The notes beneath the pieces were generated by a model. The model was not told where the DNA came from and searched no databases. It saw nothing but the letters and a program-made list of their open reading frames with translations. 64,000 nt of DNA, from positions 59,021-123,020 of the forward strand of contig WAKQ01000010.1 of NCBI GenBank assembly GCA_015523295.1. Reading direction: 5' to 3'. Numbering within the stretch: position 1 is the stretch's first letter; every line of letters starts with the position of its first letter. Positions 27,868-36,356 of this stretch are shown piece by piece. The stretch comes from Desulfurococcales archaeon (lineage in GTDB: Archaea; Thermoproteota; Thermoprotei_A; Sulfolobales; NBVN01). The position numbers were made by a program, and so were the translations under genes.

Positions 27868-28909
27868 GCTTCAACCCCATCAGAATCGTAGCTAAGGCAG
27901 GCCCTCCAACTAGCGAAACTATTATATTTACAGGGATCTCCACAGGATAAATGATTGACTTACCCACAGCATCGGCGGCTACAGTCATGAGAGAGCCGAA
28001 GATAAGCGCTGGAGGCAGGACGAACCTTACATCACCTGATTTTATGAGTCTTCGAGAAACGTGAGGGGATGCTAGACCTACAAAGCCTATGATCCCATAC
28101 CAAGCTACGGTGAGCGATGCTATGAGAGATGCTATAAGGGTGAGGAGCTTCCTTAGCATCGCAGGGTCCTCGCCAAGCTCCCTTACGAAATCGTCACTGA
28201 TGTTCAAAGCGTTCATCACATCTACAAACTTATACAGGATTAGAAGGGATATAACCAGTGAGAGGAATATCATTGTCTCACCAAGGGGCTCAGGGTCTAC
28301 AAAGGAGCCTTGGCTCCACGCGAACAATTGATGAATGTTCTGAATGATTAAGTACTGGGGAAGTAAGCTGGCTGAGTACAGAGTTGTGCCTACTGCAACC
28401 CCTGCGAGAACTAAGGAAGTTGTAGTCATCCCTGCCTTGGATGCTATGGCAAGGGTTAATAAGTACGCGAGAACCCCTCCTATGAAGGCTGCGATAGGTC
28501 TCAAAACTAAGGTATATAGGGGTATTAAGGGCAGGGCGAAAGTTAGAACTACCCCGAAAAGCGCTCCTGACGAGATGCCCAAAAGGTAAGGGTCTCCTAA
28601 AGGATTTCTTGATGCTGTCTGTATCAGCAGCCCTGAAAGGGCGAGTGCCATGCCTCCAAGTAGTGAAGCGGTAAGCCTCATTACACGGTAGGAGGCTATC
28701 CCTGGATATCCATGAAGGATCTCTGAAATAGCTTCACTCATTATTTTGAATGGGTTCTCTGTACTTGACCCCACGGATACGTGAATTAAAGCAAGTGTTA
28801 TTAAAAGGCTGAGGAGGGTGAAGGTAACAGTGAAAAATCTCCTTTTCCTAACCTTAACGTATTCCTCAACACTTCTCATTTTCAGCCCGCCGAAAGACTT
28901 ATTCCCCAT
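27851..28909 (-). CDS. FecCD/BtuC-family ABC permease
   Basis: 352 aa with about 9-10 TM. Conserved RNPLGDPYLLGISSGA motif. Confidence 0.85.
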   Translation of the reverse strand: MGNKSFGGLKMRSVEEYVKVRKRRFFTVTFTLLSLLITLALIHVSVGSSTENPFKIMSEAISEILHGYPGIASYRVMRLTASLLGGMALALSGLLIQTASRNPLGDPYLLGISSGALFGVVLTFALPLIPLYTLVLRPIAAFIGGVLAYLLTLAIASKAGMTTTSLVLAGVAVGTTLYSASLLPQYLIIQNIHQLFAWSQGSFVDPEPLGETMIFLSLVISLLILYKFVDVMNALNISDDFVRELGEDPAMLRKLLTLIASLIASLTVAWYGIIGFVGLASPHVSRRLIKSGDVRFVLPPALIFGSLMTVAADAVGKSIIYPVEIPVNIIVSLVGGPALATILMGLKHETRG

Positions 28910-30276
28910 GACTCTAGTACAGTGTCGTTAATTGTTTGCGGTACTCCCTTAAGGTTGAAGGCTTGAGGATAGAAGATCCTTGCAAGCGCTGCAACGCCTA
29001 TCGCTACTCGAGGCCCTGGTCTATCGATAATGTCCTCAAGGGTTCCCTGTATTACGTATATGTGGCCTTTCTTAACAGCTGTGATATTGCTCCATCCCTG
29101 CCTGGATATGATGTGGTTAATGAGTTCCTGTGGGTTGCCGAACTGTCCGTAGTTATAGTTAGTTAGAATTATTTCGGGGTCATCCTTGAGTATTGCCTCA
29201 GGAGATGCGACGAAGTACGCATTAGTAACGTTGCTGAAGATGTTTTCCCCGCCTGCAAGCTTTATCACATCGTTAATGTATGATCCGCTTCCGACAGTCC
29301 AGTAATCAGGGAATATCTCATAGTATACCTTAACAGGCTTAATTCCCCTAGTATTTAGGTAGGCTATAACCTTCTCATGGGTCTCTAGGATCGTTTCTCT
29401 CATGTTGTTAACGACGTCTACAGCTTTATCCGGATGTCCCGTCACAACTCCCAAGGTTAAGATATCGTTGAACACGTCGGAGATTGACGAGGTCCTCATC
29501 ACTATGACGGTTAACCCCATATCTGACAGTTCTCTAGCGTACTTTTCTTGAACACCTGTTGACGTTATTACGAGGTCAGGTCTGAGCTTAAGTATTTCTT
29601 CAATGTTAAGCGTTGAGAAGCCCCCAATGACCTTCAAACTACCGTTTTTCTTTAACTCATTAACTATTGGAGGATAATTCGAGAATTGGTCCACGCCAAC
29701 GACCTGGCTTCCAGCCCCTATCATGAATAAAGTCTCAGTGATTGAGGGTGCTGTAGAAACTATTCTTAATGGTTTATGGGATATAGTGACTGATCGGCCT
29801 AAAGCATCAGTAATTGTAATGGGGTATTTAGCTTCTTCAACCTTCTTCTCAAGATCCAGTATTTTACCCTCTAAGGAGCTCTCCTTCTCACTAAGTAGCG
29901 AAAGCTTTGAAGAGAGCTCACTTATCCTCGACTGAACTCCTTTAATGTTGGTAGACAGCTTACTCACATTTTCCTTAATGCCGCTCACTTCTTCCTTCAA
30001 CGAAGCTATATGAGATGATATGCTTTCCAACCTTGCTGATTGGCTTGCAATCAGGTTAGTTACCGCTTGTGTCTGTGCATATATTATATAGAGGGCTATA
30101 CCGCTCACAACAACCGCTATCAGGGAAATGCCTATCAGAAGCCATGTGTAACCCTTCAACTCATTGGACACCCTATCCAATAATTTCAGGGGGAATAAAA
30201 GCTTATCTGGCGAATAAAGTGTTGGTAATACATGGTTAGGGGAATACTTTGAGGTGCTCCTCCTCGTTTCTAACAT
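28882..30276 (-). CDS. Periplasmic-binding-protein (BtuF/FepB class) anchored by an N-terminal TM helix and coiled-coil stalk
   Basis: TM segment WLLIGISLIAVVVSGIALYII, then about 85 aa of heptad-like Ser/Leu/Glu/Lys repeats, then the binding-domain pattern RIVSTAPSITE...DLVIT. Confidence 0.75.
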   Translation of the reverse strand: MLETRRSTSKYSPNHVLPTLYSPDKLLFPLKLLDRVSNELKGYTWLLIGISLIAVVVSGIALYIIYAQTQAVTNLIASQSARLESISSHIASLKEEVSGIKENVSKLSTNIKGVQSRISELSSKLSLLSEKESSLEGKILDLEKKVEEAKYPITITDALGRSVTISHKPLRIVSTAPSITETLFMIGAGSQVVGVDQFSNYPPIVNELKKNGSLKVIGGFSTLNIEEILKLRPDLVITSTGVQEKYARELSDMGLTVIVMRTSSISDVFNDILTLGVVTGHPDKAVDVVNNMRETILETHEKVIAYLNTRGIKPVKVYYEIFPDYWTVGSGSYINDVIKLAGGENIFSNVTNAYFVASPEAILKDDPEIILTNYNYGQFGNPQELINHIISRQGWSNITAVKKGHIYVIQGTLEDIIDRPGPRVAIGVAALARIFYPQAFNLKGVPQTINDTVLESWGISLSAG

Positions 30277-31030
30277 AGATCTCTATGTGTTTATCCAGAC
30301 CGCTTGTCATGATCTTTGGTTTTAGCACGGCCTCTATCTGGAAAAGTCCTGCCTTATCGTTCATGTGGACCTCTATTCTCGCCGGTCTTTCCCTTCCCTC
30401 CAGGATTTCCACCTTCTTTATGCTGATGGCTGATACTGCATGCATATCAAGCTTCCCTAACTTGTAAGGAATTCTCGCTCTACCCTCCGCCATGTCGGTA
30501 CCATCAGCTATTGTAACTACTCCTGCCTCCATTGTTAGAGCTCTTGTATTCATTTCCGTGGCATAAATGGCATGCATAACCTCTTGTCTTAGCAGGTACT
30601 TTCTAGAGCCTATGGAGGGTATCACCTCTGGAATAAGCCTGTCTAGAATATCCTTCGCCAGTAACGCCCCTATCATTTCATGATTCACTCTGTGCACAGC
30701 ATTGCCTATATCGTGGAGATATGCAGCTAGGAGGACTACAAGCTTAGCTTCCTCAAGATCCTTTGCAGTACCGTAGGCAATAGTGGTTGGCTTTATGCCG
30801 GCCTTCAGAAGGATCTCGAACAGCTCTAAAGCTGACCCACTCACTATCCTTGAGTGTACAATTCCATGATCATTATATCTCAACCTACCTACGGCCATAA
30901 TATTAGCCATCTTTATCAGCTCTTGAACCTCATCATCAGATTCTAAGATCTCATATGCTTTTCTAAGCAGTTCTGACCTGCTGATATGCTTGCTTATTAG
31001 TGTAGGAGATACTACCACCACTTCAACCAC
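30236..31030 (-). CDS. HD-domain metal-dependent phosphohydrolase
   Basis: HGIVHS and LHDIGNAVHRVNHE motifs. 264 aa. Confidence 0.65.
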   Translation of the reverse strand: MVEVVVVSPTLISKHISRSELLRKAYEILESDDEVQELIKMANIMAVGRLRYNDHGIVHSRIVSGSALELFEILLKAGIKPTTIAYGTAKDLEEAKLVVLLAAYLHDIGNAVHRVNHEMIGALLAKDILDRLIPEVIPSIGSRKYLLRQEVMHAIYATEMNTRALTMEAGVVTIADGTDMAEGRARIPYKLGKLDMHAVSAISIKKVEILEGRERPARIEVHMNDKAGLFQIEAVLKPKIMTSGLDKHIEIYVRNEEEHLKVFP

Positions 31031-31071
31031 CTTATCAACTTAAGGTTTGAGTACTTATTAAGTGAGACTGA

Positions 31072-31130
31072 ACCTCAGTCGAGGACAATACAATCATTAA
31101 ATCATTCCGGCTCTTCCTCATCATCATTTA
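31072..31130 (-). ncRNA. Candidate C/D-box sRNA (minus strand)
   Basis: The minus strand reads AUGAUGA (31124..31118), a 12-nt guide GGAAGAGCCGGA, D' AUGA, UUUA, C' AUGAUUG, a 12-nt guide UAUUGUCCUCGA, then D CUGA (31078..31075). The 12/12 spacing is canonical, but C' and D' are degenerate. Confidence 0.4.
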
Positions 31131-31167
31131 ATTAAAGGGGCTAAAATCTAATAAAACAGTGATGGTT

Positions 31168-31236
31168 TAGCTGATGATGACGAGAACCACCTGATATATT
31201 AGAAAGTATGTGATGAACCTAGACCAGCCTGAAACT
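31168..31236 (+). ncRNA. Candidate C/D-box sRNA (plus strand)
   Basis: C box cUGAUGA/aUGAUGA (31171..31180), a 10-13 nt guide, D' CUGA (31191..31194), a 15-nt spacer, C' GUGAUGA (31210..31216), a 12-nt guide ACCUAGACCAGC, then D CUGA (31229..31232). Confidence 0.45.
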
Positions 31237-31310
31237 CTATAAATTTGGGATTTTACTACTTACTCATTTATTCGAACATACATTATTAACTAATAACTCA
31301 TATATTTAGG

Positions 31311-31592
31311 ATGCTAGGATATATTATAATGGTGTCCACTATCTTGATAGACGCTGATGACGTGCTTAACTGGATTAGGGATAGGAAGGAGTCCTTCGTG
31401 AACTCCAGAAAAGTGGCTAAGAGGTTCCGGATAAGCACGAAGGCGGCTGGGCAGATCCTTAAGAAGCTAAGCGAGAAAGGTTACCTCAAGCTCCACAGAA
31501 GGAGGAGGGGTCGTTTCAACATCTACAAGGTCAGAGAGTCTGTTATAGGGTTGAAAAGCAGAACCCATCTCTCCAGAATAAGGAAGAAGTGA
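31311..31592 (+). CDS. Small winged-helix DNA-binding protein
   Basis: RKVAKRFRISTKAAGQILKKLSEKGYLKL gives an HTH followed by a basic wing. 93 aa. Confidence 0.45.
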   Translation: MLGYIIMVSTILIDADDVLNWIRDRKESFVNSRKVAKRFRISTKAAGQILKKLSEKGYLKLHRRRRGRFNIYKVRESVIGLKSRTHLSRIRKK

Positions 31593-32543
31593 TTGGGTGC
31601 GGATTACTTGCCGCCGTTGGAAGGGGATGAATTAATTCTTAAGGATGGATCTATATGGATCGTTAAAGGATGCTATCACCCACCGAAAAAATACGTTGCG
31701 ATGCCCCGTAGAGTAGAGGGTAGGAAGGTTAAAACATTCAAGGAGTCCCTCGCCTTAGTGAAAAGATACTATCGGCATTATCTCCAGAAAATCCCTGAAA
31801 TCGATGATAAAGTCCCTGTAGTTCCTCAGGAAGATGTCCTCGTATACAGGGAGGCGCTTGCTTGGAAACCAAGTGACTTGAAGAAACCCATTGAATGTGT
31901 AGCAGAGGAGCTGATAACATTCCTGAGGGATGAATGCAACCTCACCTGCGGCATAACAGGTAGCCTGCTCGGAGGTTACGCCACCAAGACATCTGATATT
32001 GACATAGTATGTATGGATAGAGAGGGGGCGTATGAGTGTTTAAGTAAGTTGAGAAAAGAGGGCCTCATCCAGCCTCTCTATCCTCAATACACGGTAAAGG
32101 AAATCGGGGAAGTTAAGGAGGTGATCTCTCAGCAATTGCACACTGTGTTAGCCTCGCGAAGGTTAACTCAAGGGATATTTAAAGGCTATCCATATACTAT
32201 GAAAATCGTTAACTGCAGGAGAGGTAAGGATCTAAATGTTAAGCCTATTTACAGCCTCACCTCTGAATTAACTATAATCCTCAGGGGAAGTGATTATCGA
32301 TGTCCATCCATATATCCAGCAGATTTGCTAAGCACATCAACCGTGCTTAAGAAGGCATACCTTCTAACGTTTAGAACTAGGTTAACTGAGCTTAAAGAAG
32401 GCACAATACTTAGAGGTGTGGGTTACATAATGTATTACGAAGATCTAAATCACGCCCTGATAAGTTTCGACAGGCCTCCATCATTTATTAAATACCTAAT
32501 TACTCCCTCCGAATGTATAGGTAATAGCCCAACACCGTTATAG
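31593..32543 (+). CDS. Pol-beta-superfamily nucleotidyltransferase domain protein
   Basis: The GITGSLLGGYATKTSDIDIVC motif (GS...DxD) sits about 130 aa from the N-terminus. The TTG start follows the upstream TGA directly. Confidence 0.55.
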   Translation: MGADYLPPLEGDELILKDGSIWIVKGCYHPPKKYVAMPRRVEGRKVKTFKESLALVKRYYRHYLQKIPEIDDKVPVVPQEDVLVYREALAWKPSDLKKPIECVAEELITFLRDECNLTCGITGSLLGGYATKTSDIDIVCMDREGAYECLSKLRKEGLIQPLYPQYTVKEIGEVKEVISQQLHTVLASRRLTQGIFKGYPYTMKIVNCRRGKDLNVKPIYSLTSELTIILRGSDYRCPSIYPADLLSTSTVLKKAYLLTFRTRLTELKEGTILRGVGYIMYYEDLNHALISFDRPPSFIKYLITPSECIGNSPTPL

Positions 32544-33240
32544 TTAGGACGAAAGCCAAGCCACCCACAATAATTAAAAGTATGTTAAACCACGGATAGG
32601 AAGCATTATTATTCTCCGAGGTCTTAGTGATTGTCTTCACGCCCCCTCCTAGAACGTACTCAGCTTCATCTATAGCACCCGTTAGGGCTTCCTTGCTACT
32701 TTGTATCAAAGCCATTGCCATAACCGTCCCGTTTGTTAAGCCTTGAAATCCTTGTGGCGCCTTAGCAGTGATAATTAATCTAGTCCCTTCTACATGTATC
32801 GATGCTTTAGACATGTAGGAGAACCCCTTGCCAACAATACTTAATGATGATACCTTATCTATGGAGGGAGCAGTATTATCATAGCTAACTGTTAAATACG
32901 CTGGAGAGCCGTTTACAAGGGCTGGAGCCATAAGAGTATATGAGAATATGTAATGGGACTTATTTCCTAACCCAGCATCCTCAATCTCCAAAGGATATCC
33001 GTTTAATTCAAACACTACCTCTATAGCCCCCTTTTCTAAGGCAATTTCAACCTCCGTTATGTCAATAGAGCTAACAGAAACGTTTGGGAGAGCGCCAAAG
33101 TTAGAGATTTTCACATCACCGATTTCATCGTGTATTACTATATGAGTCCATAATTCCCATGCTGTTGGTGTAATTGCTTCCGACAGTGCTAGGATGAGTA
33201 GGCAAGTGACGACCAAAGCCCTCATATTTAAGGTCATCAA
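32500..33240 (-). CDS. Secreted protein with signal peptide and C-terminal TM anchor (unknown function)
   Basis: N-terminal hydrophobic signal (ALVVTCLLILALSEA) and C-terminal helix IVGGLAFVLTITVLGYYLY followed by IRRE. Its 3' end overlaps the convergent gene by 44 nt. Confidence 0.45.
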   Translation of the reverse strand: MMTLNMRALVVTCLLILALSEAITPTAWELWTHIVIHDEIGDVKISNFGALPNVSVSSIDITEVEIALEKGAIEVVFELNGYPLEIEDAGLGNKSHYIFSYTLMAPALVNGSPAYLTVSYDNTAPSIDKVSSLSIVGKGFSYMSKASIHVEGTRLIITAKAPQGFQGLTNGTVMAMALIQSSKEALTGAIDEAEYVLGGGVKTITKTSENNNASYPWFNILLIIVGGLAFVLTITVLGYYLYIRRE

Positions 33241-33464
33241 TTCACCTAAATTATGAATAATAGATATGCTATTTATTTTAAGTTATGTATTATATTATTA
33301 GGTTATATGGTTATCCGGAAAAGGAACGTCTATGAGAAAAGTCTATGGGCTGTTAGTCACTCTCTAGGCTTCTGTCAAGCTTTTAAACGTGTTTAAGGAG
33401 TTGTTATTACCGGGTATCGTTGGGAAGGCCTTAGATTGGATGCCTTAACAATTAGTTCCTGAGG

Positions 33465-34199
33465 GTGGTATGTGTGAACACTAAAAGAAAACGTGTGAAA
33501 GCATACGTTGATGCTATAAGTGAACTCATTCTCTCGAAAGACTGGAGCAGGGAGAAAGCAGTAGAGCTTGTTAAAAGGAATCTTGAGTCAACAGGGGTTG
33601 AGCCATTTAGAGGTGCATCCAAGCCTGAAGACATTTATGATAAGGAGCTGATAAGTTTATTCATTGTAGGGACGAGAGGTTTAGGCATAAATAAGGAGTT
33701 TGAAGGTGTTTTTAAAGAAGTGTTTAGTAAGGAGATGAAATATGAGGCTGTGATAAAGGCGCTTGAGAGCGATCAGCCTGTAGAGCAGGTAAGGACAACG
33801 ATCAAATCGCTTTTTCCTGAATTGAGTGAGAATGATGTGGCCAGAATCCTAAGGTTTGCCGTGACCCTCTACTATCTTGACTTCAAGCCCTATGACTTCG
33901 TAACTAAGGTAATAAGAAGGTTGAATGAGGCCCTCCCAGAGTACTCTGAAACTATAAGGAGGTTCACCAGATTCTTCATAGCTATTAAGTTGGCTGAGGA
34001 AATCTTTACAGGAAATATTAAGACTAAGGTGGATAAGGAGATTAGAAAACAGGTGATTTCTCTTGAGACCGGTATAGAGAGATCCACGCCATCCGATGAT
34101 TATGTCAGAAAGGTGGCGCAGGTAGCATACGAGATACCTGAGCAGGTGTTAAGGGGTATCTTCACCCAGAAGGAAGGTAAAAGGGATAGCAGGGGCTGA
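33465..34199 (+). CDS. Hypothetical protein (helical, conserved-archaeal look)
   Basis: 244-aa ORF with no motif recognised. Confidence 0.4.
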   Translation: MVCVNTKRKRVKAYVDAISELILSKDWSREKAVELVKRNLESTGVEPFRGASKPEDIYDKELISLFIVGTRGLGINKEFEGVFKEVFSKEMKYEAVIKALESDQPVEQVRTTIKSLFPELSENDVARILRFAVTLYYLDFKPYDFVTKVIRRLNEALPEYSETIRRFTRFFIAIKLAEEIFTGNIKTKVDKEIRKQVISLETGIERSTPSDDYVRKVAQVAYEIPEQVLRGIFTQKEGKRDSRG

Positions 34200-34238
34200 C
34201 AAGATAAATTTAAAATACCCGCACTCAGAGTAGTGTAG

Positions 34239-34514
34239 GTGACTGACTTGCTAAAAGCTCTTAGAGAAGCAGTCTACAATGTACGGCGTGGTAGGGAGGA
34301 AATGGTTATCGAGTTAATGCGAACCCCTGGTGGAAAGAGCTATGTTGTAATACATAAGACTCTGAGAGGTGCGTACGAGGCAGGTGAAGGAGAGAAGAAG
34401 GAATGGGATCTACTTGAAAAAGAGGGCTTTAAGGAAGTAAAGGATTCGCAAATTGAGTATAAAACCCTATCTCCTGAGATTAGGAAAGCTATTTCATCAG
34501 CCTTTAGATACTGA
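34239..34514 (+). CDS. Hypothetical small protein
   Basis: 91-aa ORF on the same strand, just downstream of the previous gene. Confidence 0.35.
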   Translation: MTDLLKALREAVYNVRRGREEMVIELMRTPGGKSYVVIHKTLRGAYEAGEGEKKEWDLLEKEGFKEVKDSQIEYKTLSPEIRKAISSAFRY

Positions 34515-34609
34515 GTCCCAAAACATTAATGCGTTCAATTAACATCAGATATAATAAGCTAGCAAATCAATTCTTAATTCTTCTAAACTATGTGCTGATG
34601 GTGTAGACA

Positions 34610-35572
34610 TTGAATCCCGTAACAAGACTTAAGGCATCGATGATTCTCGCCTTAGGAGGGGTTATAACCTTATCCACGCTTCTCCTTACTGCGCTATTGT
34701 TGATTATAGCTCCGGGTGGGAATGTAGGTGCTTTTATCACTTTAACGCTGGGTGTTGTAGTAACTTTCCACTTTATTCAATGGCTTGCAGGACCTAAGAT
34801 AATCGAGCTAGCCTATAATGTCAGACCCTTGCAAGATGGGAAGTATACTTGGATTAACGATTTATTGGATAGGCTCTCAACTGCCTCAGGCTTGAGTGAA
34901 AAACCAAAGCCGATGATCGCTGACGTGGTTGTGCCAAACGCCTTCGCTTATGGCAACATCCTCACAGGGTATAAGGTGGCAGTAACGAAAGGGTTGCTTG
35001 ATTTTCCTTATGAAGAAGTGGAGGCGATACTGGGGCATGAGCTTGGGCATATAAAGCATAGAGATGTCGAGCTAATGATGGTGATCAGCCTGTTACCAGC
35101 ACTGATACTATGGCTAGGCCGATCCCTAATGCTCATGGGATGGTTTGGAGGCAGTGATGATGAGAGTGAGGCCTCTCTCCTACCTATAGTAGGAATCTCT
35201 TTAATAGCGGTATCATTCGTTTTTAACATCATAGTTCTTTACGTAAGTCGCCTCCGTGAATACTACGCTGACTCACATTCCGCTAAGGTCGTTCCGGATG
35301 GGGCTAGGAAACTGCAGAGAGCTCTCGCAAGAATTCTTTTGATCTCTGGGGAAGTGAAGAAATTTAACCCAAGGCTCATCAGCGATGCCAGTAAAATGAA
35401 GGCGCTGCTCATTTCAGACCCCGAAGTAGGTTTGGAAAGAGGTGGCTGGAGGGGAGACATTCAGGATGTGGTGGAATGGATCAAGTCAAGGCCAAAGCTC
35501 ATGGCATTAGAGATCTTTGCAACCCATCCAGACCCTGCCAAGAGGCTCAGATTTCTCGATACTCTATGTTAG
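34610..35572 (+). CDS. htpX: M48-family zinc metalloprotease (HtpX-like)
   Basis: HELGHIKHRD (HExxH), flanking TM helices, and a downstream EYYADSHSA motif. Confidence 0.8.
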   Translation: MNPVTRLKASMILALGGVITLSTLLLTALLLIIAPGGNVGAFITLTLGVVVTFHFIQWLAGPKIIELAYNVRPLQDGKYTWINDLLDRLSTASGLSEKPKPMIADVVVPNAFAYGNILTGYKVAVTKGLLDFPYEEVEAILGHELGHIKHRDVELMMVISLLPALILWLGRSLMLMGWFGGSDDESEASLLPIVGISLIAVSFVFNIIVLYVSRLREYYADSHSAKVVPDGARKLQRALARILLISGEVKKFNPRLISDASKMKALLISDPEVGLERGGWRGDIQDVVEWIKSRPKLMALEIFATHPDPAKRLRFLDTLC

Positions 35573-35606
35573 AACTTGGAATAAAGAAATAGTAAGTAAT
35601 TGAATC

Positions 35607-36350
35607 TTAAAGAAGTATTCTCAATGGCGTATATGTTTTTGCTGGAATATAGGGAAGAACGTGGCGTGTTGTCTTTGGTGGAAGAACACCTCCGTTTTTG
35701 ACAATGCTCATAATCTCTTTCTTGCTAAGGGGACGACGCACTAATACAGATAGAACCTCACTTTTTTCTAGATCCTGAAGTGCGTCCTCAAGCAGTCCAT
35801 ACCATGCTAGTGAGATTAAGCCCTTCAAATTCAGTCTATCCAGTTCCTTTAGAATTGCTTTTTGCTCGTCAATCCCTCCAGGCACTTCGAAGCATGAGTC
35901 ATTACCTAAGACAATGAATGCCCGTCCATCAAGGTCTCTTGGCTTAAGTTTTCCTGGATCATGGCTGCATTGAAGAGCCCTTAGATGAACGCTTTTTGCA
36001 ATATTAGCAATGAATATCGGTGGACGGTCGGTGGCTGGATACCAGGTATAAACCTTTACAGATGGGTCGAAGTAGTCAATTATTATTGCTGGGATTTTGG
36101 ATGCTCCAAGGCGCTTAAGTGCTGCCCACCTATGGTGCCCGTCAACGATGAGATATTTCTTTGTTCCTGGAATGGGTGAGGCTATTATTGGCATGTCTAC
36201 TGCTTGCATTTTCATTATTGACTGCATGACTGAGTTAAGTCTCTCACTAACGATCTCCTCGTGAGGGAGTAGGTCATTAACGTTTAGCAATATTGGGGTG
36301 ATCCTCTTCACAGGAAGGTCGTACTTCGGAAGTCTTATCTTAAGTGACAA
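35607..36350 (-). CDS. ParB/sulfiredoxin-fold protein, candidate ADP-dependent serine kinase (SerK-like)
   Basis: KYLIVDGHHRWAALKRLG motif (DGHHR). 247 aa. It starts 6 nt downstream of the SerA-like gene in the same operon. Confidence 0.5.
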   Translation of the reverse strand: MSLKIRLPKYDLPVKRITPILLNVNDLLPHEEIVSERLNSVMQSIMKMQAVDMPIIASPIPGTKKYLIVDGHHRWAALKRLGASKIPAIIIDYFDPSVKVYTWYPATDRPPIFIANIAKSVHLRALQCSHDPGKLKPRDLDGRAFIVLGNDSCFEVPGGIDEQKAILKELDRLNLKGLISLAWYGLLEDALQDLEKSEVLSVLVRRPLSKKEIMSIVKNGGVLPPKTTRHVLPYIPAKTYTPLRILL

Positions 36351-36356
36351 TAGGCA

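Noticed and set aside
31590-31595. TGA stop followed immediately by TTG: possible read-through, selenocysteine or a fused wHTH-NTase protein
   Set aside because: No SECIS-like structure or other recoding signal is evident. A stop abutting the next start is common translational coupling in compact archaeal operons.
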